Of a DNA stretch of 32,419 nt, positions 18,916 to 26,563 are shown one piece after another (position 1 is the first letter of the stretch; each line of letters opens with the position of its first letter). The position numbers were made by a program, and so were the translations under genes. Source of the DNA: a virus (Duplodnaviria; Caudoviricetes); the IMG/VR virus record IMGVR_UViG_3300046063_000091, positions 1-32,419 of that record. One strand, given 5' to 3'. The notes under the pieces were generated by a model. The model had not been told where the DNA came from and did no database searches. It worked only from the letters and a program-made list of their open reading frames with translations.

Positions 18916-19362
18916 GGGGGTCCCGCCGCCCCCGTATACGCCGTTGAGCTTGTACAGAAGGGTTACCTCGTAGACCCCGTCCGGCACCGGATAGAGCCAG
19001 AGCGCCCCTTCGTGGAGCCCGTAGCAGGTGGGGCGCCCGCTCTTCGCCTCGGGGCTGGCGGCGGCGGCGCGCACATCGGCGCCGGCCTTGTGCTCCAGCT
19101 CGCGATCCGCGATGCTCGCCCTGCGCATCACGTCGAGGGCCGACGTGACCGCGTAGGCGGCCTGCCCCTTCGCCGTCGAGACGGTAGCCCTCCCCTCGAA
19201 GCGATTCGTCTTCTTGGCGATCTCAATCAGGCCGTCCTGGAGGGCGGCCATCAGCGCCGGCTCGTCGGCCTCGGTGGGCGTCAGGCCGGGGTCTTCCAGG
19301 CGCCGCCCCAGGAGGCCGATCTTGCGCTTCACGCGCTCCAGTACGTCACCGGCGGTGTTCAT
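18862..19362 (-). CDS. Head-tail adaptor / tail ring protein, N-terminal part
   Basis: 166 aa; helical N-terminus, T..GQAAY, SGRPTCY, LWLYPVPDGVYEVTLLY typical of podophage adaptor/tail-tubular proteins; lacks the C-terminal helices. Confidence 0.75.
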   Translation of the reverse strand: MNTAGDVLERVKRKIGLLGRRLEDPGLTPTEADEPALMAALQDGLIEIAKKTNRFEGRATVSTAKGQAAYAVTSALDVMRRASIADRELEHKAGADVRAAAASPEAKSGRPTCYGLHEGALWLYPVPDGVYEVTLLYKLNGVYGGGGTPSQNAPVWNLADVRTENA

Positions 19363-19421
19363 GGGACTCGGCCTCTCTGAAAGTCAGCCTCTCTGAAGTT
19401 TAGATTACAGGGGATGCGCCT

Positions 19422-20093
19422 CTACTCTGCCGGGCGGTCCTCGCCCATCAGCCCATAGCGCAGCCCGCTGATCGCCCGCGTGGACGCCTCAAACGCAGCG
19501 CCGGCCCCTTCCTCCTTCGTGCTCTGGAGGACGCGCCCGGCCGCCTCCCACGTCAGCGCGTCGCGCAGCTCCTCGGGGATCTGCTCCGGCGCCGTGTCGG
19601 GCACGTAGGCGAACAGCTCCACCGTCGGCGTTGCGTCCTGCGGGTAGCACTCCACCGCCTGGTTGACGCTGCCGGAGAAGTAGGGCGCAAGGCTGGCAAT
19701 CGGGTGCGCCTCGTCAGCGGAGGTAAACGGGTTGGCTTGAAGGCGGTAGCGGCTCGAATCGAGGGGGACGAACTCATCCACCGCGTGCTTCCACTCCGGC
19801 AGGCGCACCCGCAGGAAGCGAATGAAGTCATCCGGCACCGGAATCACGGTCTTGCGCCCGTCGTTGGTGGGGGCCACGCTCGCGCTCCCGTCGTCGGCGG
19901 CAGGGTAGACGAGCTCGCGCGGCACGCGCCGCAGGATCGAGCGCCCCGCCTCCACGAGCTCCTGGTACGTGCTCTTCCGGTTCACGGGCGTCGTCTGGCC
20001 CTGAGCGGTCACCTGGTCCACGCGGTATTCCACGCGCTCCACGAGCGTTTCCTGGCTGGGGGTGTTGTTGGGGTCGTAGGTAAAAGTGGGCAT
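19422..20093 (-). CDS. Head completion / head-tail adaptor protein
   Basis: ATG 20093 (GTG 20099 alternative); IPVPDDFIRFLRVRLPEW..YRLQ.N and IPEELRDAL; position after the capsid genes. Confidence 0.7.
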   Translation of the reverse strand: MPTFTYDPNNTPSQETLVERVEYRVDQVTAQGQTTPVNRKSTYQELVEAGRSILRRVPRELVYPAADDGSASVAPTNDGRKTVIPVPDDFIRFLRVRLPEWKHAVDEFVPLDSSRYRLQANPFTSADEAHPIASLAPYFSGSVNQAVECYPQDATPTVELFAYVPDTAPEQIPEELRDALTWEAAGRVLQSTKEEGAGAAFEASTRAISGLRYGLMGEDRPAE

Positions 20094-20167
20094 GGGCACC
20101 GTTTGCTAGGGGTGCCATGCGCTGTGCCCGTGCCACTTAAACCTGGGATTGCTCTCCGCCGAGAGGG

Positions 20168-20752
20168 TCAGTCCTCCAGTTCGGGGAAGTCGTAGCCGTG
20201 CTCCTGGGCGAAGGCGCGGATCAGGGCCGGCTCGCCCCGGATCTCGTCGATCTCCTGTTCGGAAGCGCCCGTCTCGCGGGCGAGGTAGGCCACCGCTTGG
20301 TTCGGGTTGGTGTAGCCGAGCGTCTTGAGCTCACCCTCACTAGGCTCACCGTCATCATCCGGGAGGTCTTCTGGGCGGGGTCCGCCCTCGGCGGTTTCCG
20401 TGTCGGAGGTTTCCGTGTCGGCGGTTTCCGTGTCGGCGGTGCCCGATTCCGTCTCACTGGGGTCTTCCTCTGGGCGAGATTCGCTTTCGGAAACGTCCTC
20501 ACTGGAAACCTCCTCCATCTTCTCCTCCAAGTGGTCCACCGACCGAAAGCGCACCCCGAAGGCCGGGTGCTCTTTGAGCGCCTGGATGCGCGCCTCCCCG
20601 CGCACGGCGGTGGGGTCGGGCGTCAGGTCTACCGCGCCGAGAGGCACGTTCTTGTACTGCGTCCCCTGCGGGGTCTTGTAGGCCTTCTCTTGGTCGGGAA
20701 GGAGAATCGTCTCGTTCTCGCCGGTCGTCGAGGCGAAGCGTTCGGTGGTCAT
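20168..20752 (-). CDS. Hypothetical acidic protein downstream of the capsid gene
   Basis: ATG 20752 (MTTERF, 194 aa); two small folded-looking ends joined by an acidic linker with TADTE repeats. Confidence 0.65.
   Translation of the reverse strand: MTTERFASTTGENETILLPDQEKAYKTPQGTQYKNVPLGAVDLTPDPTAVRGEARIQALKEHPAFGVRFRSVDHLEEKMEEVSSEDVSESESRPEEDPSETESGTADTETADTETSDTETAEGGPRPEDLPDDDGEPSEGELKTLGYTNPNQAVAYLARETGASEQEIDEIRGEPALIRAFAQEHGYDFPELED
20393..20440. repeat. 15-bp tandem repeat (about 3 copies)
   Basis: ggtttccgtgtcgg at 20393, 20408 and 20423; encodes TADTE/TSDTE. Confidence 0.85.
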
Positions 20753-20829
20753 GACAAAGGGGCTGAGGGTTTGGGGAGAAAAGTGCTGGTGGAAAGCGTT
20801 TGGGAAGGCGTTCTTTTCCCGTGCCGCCG

Positions 20830-20900
20830 GGAGCCGGGGCGAAAGCACCGTAGCCGTTGCCCCGGCTCCGAGCAACACGCGCTGGAGCAACACGCTCCAG
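20830..20900 (-). promoter_or_regulatory. Two GC-rich hairpins after the capsid stop (possible mRNA stabiliser or partial terminator)
   Basis: ggagccggggc (20830-20840) pairs with gccccggctcc (20859-20869); ctggagc (20882-20888) pairs with gctccag (20894-20900); no U-tract. Confidence 0.4.
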
Positions 20901-20915
20901 GCGACATGTGCCCCA

Positions 20916-22241
20916 TCAGGAGCCGCGGATGATGTAGTGCGTGTCCGGGCGGCGCACTTCGAGGCTGGACTTCTCGATGTACTGCTCGGCCTCGGCGTCA
21001 CGGATGCCCGTCTCTTTGAGCATCAGCTTCCGCTTGTCCATCGGCTGCATCTCGCGCTTGTAGATGTTGTTCATGTCCAGCACCACGCCGAAGTTGGTGT
21101 AGCCCAGCTCCTCAAAGCCGGGGTGATACGCCACCATCAGGCGCCCAAAGCGCGTCTTGAGCTCCGAGAAGGTCACGCCGGCAATCGTGCGGCTCGGCGC
21201 CGTCTGCATCTTCGAGAGCAGCACCTTGTCCAGCTCGGTGCAGAGCTCCGCGTCGGCGAAGAGCATCCGCGTGAACGCCCCGTCGTTGCCGGTGAAGATG
21301 GTCTTGTTGATGTCGATCAGGCTCGCCTCGCTCATCCCACCGATCGTGTAGTTGATCGTGTTGGGGATGTAGCGCGTCACGCCGTTCTGGGTGTAGCGGT
21401 CCTCGGCGTTCTGGGCCGTCGATTCGGAGGCCACCCCGAAGAAGCCGTTGAACTCGAAGCTGCGGCGCAGGTCGATCAGGTTGTCCTGGCGCGCGCGCTT
21501 CCAGTCGTCGGTCATCGTGTGGTTGGACGTGCGACGGCGGTGATCGGAAATCTCGACGACCGCGTCGTAGGTGTGGACGAGGTTCCAGTCGTATTCCGGC
21601 ATCATCGCGCGACTCTCCGAGGGCTCGTCCGATTCCGTCTTGGAGTTCCCGATCCGCGCGAGCGGGTCGTCAGCGGAGGTCGCCGGGACGGTCCCGAAGC
21701 TGTCGCCGCCCGATTCGACCTCATCGACGAGCGCGCGCACGGTGATCGTGCCGGCTGAGGCGTCCTTGACCTCCTCGACGAGCATCACCGGGGCCGTAAG
21801 GTCGCCGGGGATCGAGATGAGGTCGTTTTTGCGCCAGCGGTTGCCGTTCTTGACCGTCCAGTCCACCGTCGCGCCGTCGGCGCCGGCAGTGCTCCCCGAT
21901 GCGATCTCGTCGGTGCGGGGGATGCGGTCGGAGCGCGCCCACTCGATCTTGACGTTCTCGACGCCGCCCTGACGCCGCCCTTGCAGCTTGCGCATCATCG
22001 TGTCGAGCGGAAAGCGGCTCGGCTCCAGCACGGCCAGCGCGTCGGAGACGTCGCGAACCTTGTGCTCGTCGGGCGTGCTCGTCTCCTTGATGTCGGAGAC
22101 CGGCGCTCCCGTGGCCGCCGCGGCGAAGGCCGCGCCCTGGGCGTCAACGTTGAAAACGAGGGTCGCCGTGAGGGCCACGAGAAAGCCCATCAGGCAACCG
22201 CAGAAAATGCGAGCGTAGCGGTTCCAGTCGAAGTGCTTCAT
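20916..22241 (-). CDS. Major capsid protein (SU10/DUF5309-like, HK97 fold inferred)
   Basis: ATG 22241 (MKHFDW, 441 aa) after the scaffold gene; PSRFPLDTM, KIEW, DLRRSFEFNGFFG, YTQNGV, TRFGRLMVAYHP and C-terminal PDTH motifs. Confidence 0.8.
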   Translation of the reverse strand: MKHFDWNRYARIFCGCLMGFLVALTATLVFNVDAQGAAFAAAATGAPVSDIKETSTPDEHKVRDVSDALAVLEPSRFPLDTMMRKLQGRRQGGVENVKIEWARSDRIPRTDEIASGSTAGADGATVDWTVKNGNRWRKNDLISIPGDLTAPVMLVEEVKDASAGTITVRALVDEVESGGDSFGTVPATSADDPLARIGNSKTESDEPSESRAMMPEYDWNLVHTYDAVVEISDHRRRTSNHTMTDDWKRARQDNLIDLRRSFEFNGFFGVASESTAQNAEDRYTQNGVTRYIPNTINYTIGGMSEASLIDINKTIFTGNDGAFTRMLFADAELCTELDKVLLSKMQTAPSRTIAGVTFSELKTRFGRLMVAYHPGFEELGYTNFGVVLDMNNIYKREMQPMDKRKLMLKETGIRDAEAEQYIEKSSLEVRRPDTHYIIRGS

Positions 22242-22389
22242 GGTTAGGGTGCAGCCGATGATGAGCTGCGCGGTTGGTGGGTGTGATGGGCCGGCGCGGA
22301 GGCGGCCTGCCAGCCCGCGATAGATGTGCGAGAGGAAAAATCCTCTCTTCAAAGCCTCCAAGTGAGAAAGTCGGTGGTAAAAGTCTGCC

Positions 22390-23637
22390 TCAAACGCCTT
22401 CGAGGACGCCGCCATTGGCGCCGCCGAGGTCCTGCGCGAGGGCGAGCGCCCCGTCCGGGTCGGCCTTCTCCTCCTGGTCGCCGGCCGAGCCGTCGGGGGC
22501 CTTGGGCAGGCCGTCGCCCTTCTGTTTCTTCTTCTCGCGGCGCTCGTTGATCTGCTGGTTGCGCCCCTTCGTCTCCCCCTCCTCGCGGGCGGCCTCAACG
22601 TCCTCCTCGTAGCGCATCCCCCGGTGCATGACCTCCAAGAAGTCCTCCGGCAGCTGGCCGCCGTTCGCCGGGTCGCCGTTGACGTAGGTCTGCACCTCTT
22701 TCAGGAAGCGGGTCATCTCCTCGTCGGAGTAGTCGTGCTCCTCCTGGAACGCGACCCGCATCTGCTGCCCCTTCTCGCGGGCGGCCTCGGCCTGTTCCTC
22801 GATCTGCTCCCGGCGCGCCTCCTGGCGCGCCTGCGCCTTCAGGACCTCGGGGTTCTCCTCGGCGGCGCCGGGGTCGAGGTCCATCGTGGCGACGGCCTGC
22901 TCTAACGAAAGCCCCTCCTCGACGGCCAGCCGCGTGGCCTCTTGCAACTGCGGATCGCTCTCGAAGGCGTCAATCAACTCCTCGTTGGCGGAGACCTCCT
23001 GCTCGATGAAGTCCACCGGGTCGCGCGGGTTGCCCTCCTCGTCTTCCCCCAGCTCGATGCCCCGCTCGGCCAGGCGCTCGCGCTGCTCGGCCACCGGGTC
23101 GTAAGCGGACTCCTCCTCCTCAGAGGCGGCCTCTTCGCCTTCCTCCTCTTCGCCGTCCGTTTCTTCGCCCTCGCCAGCGGGCGCTTCGCCGGCGGGCGTT
23201 TCGCCGGAGGACGCCTCCTCATCAGAGGTCCCCGATTCCGCATCGCTCGTGGCCCCTTCCTCCGCATTCGAGGCGGCCTCCTGGGGCGTCGCCTCCTCGC
23301 TCGCCTCCTCCGACGACGTGGCGTCGCCGGGTTCCTCGCCGCCGCCGGATTCGGAGCCAATCTCGTGCATCGCCGCGTGGAACGCCGTGTGGCGCCCGTC
23401 CGGGTGCTCCTCCCCGCCCTGGCTGCTCTGGAGGGCGCCTTGGAGGGCGTCGTCGATGACGTCGCCGGTCGTTTCCGGCTCCTCGACGCGCTCGCCCTCT
23501 ACCGAGGACATGTCCTGCCCCGAGTCTCCGGACTCGTTCGCCTGGGGCGCCTCTTGGGGCGCGGCTTCGGGGGAAGGGTCGGCGTCGGTCTGCGCGTCGG
23601 TTTGCGCGCCCGAGCGGTGGTTGTCCATGATGCCCAT
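22390..23637 (-). CDS. Putative capsid scaffolding protein
   Basis: 415 aa, extremely acidic disordered N-half, helical C-half with YEEDVEAAREEGETKGRN..I..R..GDGLP; lies between portal and capsid. Confidence 0.7.
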   Translation of the reverse strand: MGIMDNHRSGAQTDAQTDADPSPEAAPQEAPQANESGDSGQDMSSVEGERVEEPETTGDVIDDALQGALQSSQGGEEHPDGRHTAFHAAMHEIGSESGGGEEPGDATSSEEASEEATPQEAASNAEEGATSDAESGTSDEEASSGETPAGEAPAGEGEETDGEEEEGEEAASEEEESAYDPVAEQRERLAERGIELGEDEEGNPRDPVDFIEQEVSANEELIDAFESDPQLQEATRLAVEEGLSLEQAVATMDLDPGAAEENPEVLKAQARQEARREQIEEQAEAAREKGQQMRVAFQEEHDYSDEEMTRFLKEVQTYVNGDPANGGQLPEDFLEVMHRGMRYEEDVEAAREEGETKGRNQQINERREKKKQKGDGLPKAPDGSAGDQEEKADPDGALALAQDLGGANGGVLEGV

Positions 23638-23686
23638 AGCAGGAATCCGTTGTAAGGGTCAGAGGGGGTGGGGAAACGGGGTGCAG

Positions 23687-24085
23687 TCAAGCAAACTCAT
23701 AACTCACGGCCAGCTGCCCGGTCGTCGGCGCGGTCCCGGCCGAGGTGCGCACCTCCACGTCAAAGAGACGCGAGAGGCAGGCCAGCTCGCCGGCGTAGGT
23801 CACCGCGGTGGCGGTGGGGGGTGCGCTCCCGTCGGCGGCGGGCACGAAGCGGTGCGTGGCGCCGGCAGAGACGCTGGCGCTGGCGATCACGTCATCGGTC
23901 CCGCCTCGCACCAGCTCGACGGTCACGTTCTGGTCCGTACCGTTGTCGAGGGCCACGTGCAACGCGCGCAGGCCGTGCGGCACCACCAGGGCCGAGGACT
24001 CCCCACCCACGTCGGCGGCGGCCACCTCGAAGGACTGGCGGTCCGCCACGTCGTGCTCGAATGCTTTTGGAGAGCGCGTTTTCAT
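23687..24085 (-). CDS. Hypothetical small beta-rich protein (possible head/portal accessory)
   Basis: 132 aa, fills the portal-scaffold gap in operon orientation. Confidence 0.55.
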   Translation of the reverse strand: MKTRSPKAFEHDVADRQSFEVAAADVGGESSALVVPHGLRALHVALDNGTDQNVTVELVRGGTDDVIASASVSAGATHRFVPAADGSAPPTATAVTYAGELACLSRLFDVEVRTSAGTAPTTGQLAVSYEFA

Positions 24086-24125
24086 GCGTGGTCTGCGGGG
24101 TTCGTGCTACCGAGGGGGCTTTTCG

Positions 24126-26410
24126 CTACGCCGACGGGACCGCTTGCCGAGGCACCGCCTGCCGGGAGAGATCTCTCGATCCGCCGCCGTTGGAGGGAGC
24201 GCCCCCGGAAGGAGGCTTCGCCTGGGGGCCGCCCGCCTGGGAGCCCGCCCCCTGCGCGCCGCCTCCTTGCGGCCCACCCGCCGCTTGAGGCCCACCCGCC
24301 GCCGTCTGGGGTCCGCCTGCCTGTTGGCTCGGGGCCGCGCCCTGCGCCTGGTTCAGGAGCGCCAAGGCGTCCTCGTCGCCGTTTTTGGCGGCCTCCGCCA
24401 GCTCCGGCGCCACCGGGAGCCCCATCAGCATCGGGTTCGTCTGCTGGATTACCTTGCGCATCGCGTCGGACTTTGGGTGCGAGCTCATCTGGAGGTACTG
24501 GTCGAAGGTGATCCGCGCGCTCTGGAGGTGCTCCTTGAGGTCCTGCTCCCACAGCTTGCGCGTCGTGGCCGTGTCGCGCACGTCCTGGATGACGATGTCG
24601 TAGTCGATCCCGCGCACGGTCTCCGGGTCGAAGGTCACGGCCTTCTGGCTCTTGGGGCCTTGCAGGTGGCGCTCGTCGTAGAACTGGAGGACGACCTGGA
24701 GGGCCTTCCGGTCGCGCTTGCGCCGCGTCGCGTAGAAGCTCTCGAAGTATTCGATCGTCGAGGTCTGCCCTTGCTCGATCTGCGCGGCGTACTGGCTGGC
24801 GGTCACCTCCCGTTCGGGGGCCTGCCCCTGCACGGCACTGTTCACGCCCGAGATCTTTTCCATCCAGTCGCGCTGCTGCCCCAGCCAGTTGAAGATCCCG
24901 GCCGGGATGCTATTCGCCGTGATCTGCCTGGGCATCTGGTCGTGCTTCTTGGAGGGCTCGTACTTGATCGCGCCTCCCATGCGGGTCCACTCCTCCGCGA
25001 AGTCGTCGATGTCCATATCATCAGGGATCGCGTCCCGGGGCACCATCAAGAGCCCCTTCGCCCCCACGCCGAACATGAAGTCAATCGAGGCGGTCATCCG
25101 GTTCATCAGGCGCTGCGGGTCGATGATGTCCTCGACCATGCCCCAGTGCTCCCCGTCCAGCATCGTCGGGAAGCCCAGCGTGTAGGGGTGCTCGTCGTGC
25201 CAGTAGGGGGTCTCCCCCTCCCACAGGACGTGCCCATCGGGCGTGAGGTAGTAGACGTGCCAGACGTCTTCGTACTCCTCGTCGACGTCGAGGAGCGGCA
25301 CGCTGGGGAGCCCGTTGGCCATGGCCACCTGCTTGCGCTCCTCGTTGATCGACCGGATCTCCGCGTCGGACAGGTCGGTCTCCTCGTAGGTGCCGTCCAG
25401 CGGGTCGTGCACGTAGCGCTTCCACTCGTGCTCCTTTTTCCAGACCTCCACCACGCGCGCCTTCTCCGGCTCATTCGGCCAGTACCAGCTGAGGCTATCG
25501 GCCTGCTCGAAGTCCTCGTAGCTCGCCCCGGTGAAGCGCTCGACGTGCGCCGGCTGGATCTCCGCGTATAGCTCGCGCAGGTGCCTCTCTTCCACCGGGT
25601 CATCGGCGAACTGCTGGATGATCTCGTTGAGGGTCCAGTCGTGGATCTCGCCGATGAAGCGCAAATCCTTGCCCCGCCGGTCGTTCAGGTCGGGGTTGTA
25701 GAAGAGGCGGTTCTGGTTGACCGGGTCGATCGAGACCTCATCGCGGTTGTGCACGCTGTCGTACTCGGCGTGCACCTTCCACCCGAACGCGCCCGCCAGG
25801 AGACACTCCAGAAACTCGTCCGCATCGACCTCGGAGACGTCGTTGAAGTCGTGCGTCACCTCCAGGGCGACGCCCATCTGCTCCTCGGCGCCCTGGTCTT
25901 CCCGCTCGCGGGCCACCGGGAGCGGGTCGGCATACCCCTGTCGGAACTGCCCGCGCAGGTTCTGCACGATGGGCCGGATCTCGTTCATGACCCACGGCAC
26001 GCGCCCCTGCTCGCGCAGGCGCTCGGCCTCATCGACGGTTTCCCCGTCGGCGTCGGTGTAGGTCTCCCACTGCTTGCCGTAGAAGTAATCTCGGGCGCGG
26101 CGCCGGCGACGGCGCGCGTCGCGGGGCGCCGCCCCCCCCCCCCCCCCGAAGGGCAAGCACGCCGTCGCCGGCGCGCGTCACGGCGCGCCTCCCAGGCGCG
26201 CCGCGACTCCTCGACTAGGTCGTGCCTCTGCTTCGGCTTCTTATCGCGGACGACCTTCATCATGTCGGAGGTCGTCTCAGGCACGCCCGCCGGCATCGGC
26301 ACCTGGCTGGGCGGCTCCGGCGGCGCCCCCGGGAATCCCTGCAAGCCTCCCTGCTGGGGGAGGCCAGCTTCCTGCTGAGGGCGTTGCCGGCGTTGGGGGC
26401 TGAAGGGCAC
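24126..26410 (-). CDS. Portal protein (podovirus type), reading frame interrupted at about 26101-26193
   Basis: RDYFYGKQW, GRVPWVMNEI, EKISGVNSAVQG. The N-terminus (..HDLVEESRRAWEARRDA) lies in another frame upstream of a G16 run. Start uncertain: GTG 26410, ATG 26296 or ATG 26263. Confidence 0.85.
26101..26193. repeat. Imperfect 34-bp direct repeat (59-nt period) with a C16 homopolymer
   Basis: 26101-26134 vs 26160-26193 match at 29/34 positions; C run at 26132-26147. Confidence 0.9.
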
Positions 26411-26563
26411 AGGCCGCAGAGGGCGATAGTCGCCCAGTAGAAACGGGGAAAAGAGGCTTTTCCTGGCGAGCGTGCCCCGCAAGATGAGCAAGCCCAGTGA
26501 CCCTCTGCGCCCGCGCAGCCTGCGGCTCTGTAAGGTGCAGCCCCATGAGCACACCCACTCACC

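Noticed and set aside
20393-20440. CRISPR array or DGR repeat
   Set aside because: Short head-to-tail repeats without spacers; no cas or reverse transcriptase gene and no adenine-specific TR/VR pair noticed in the window.
22242-22598. N-terminal extension of the capsid ORF (560-aa call)
   Set aside because: Overlaps the scaffold gene in another frame and crosses an intergenic hairpin; ATG 22241 is more plausible.
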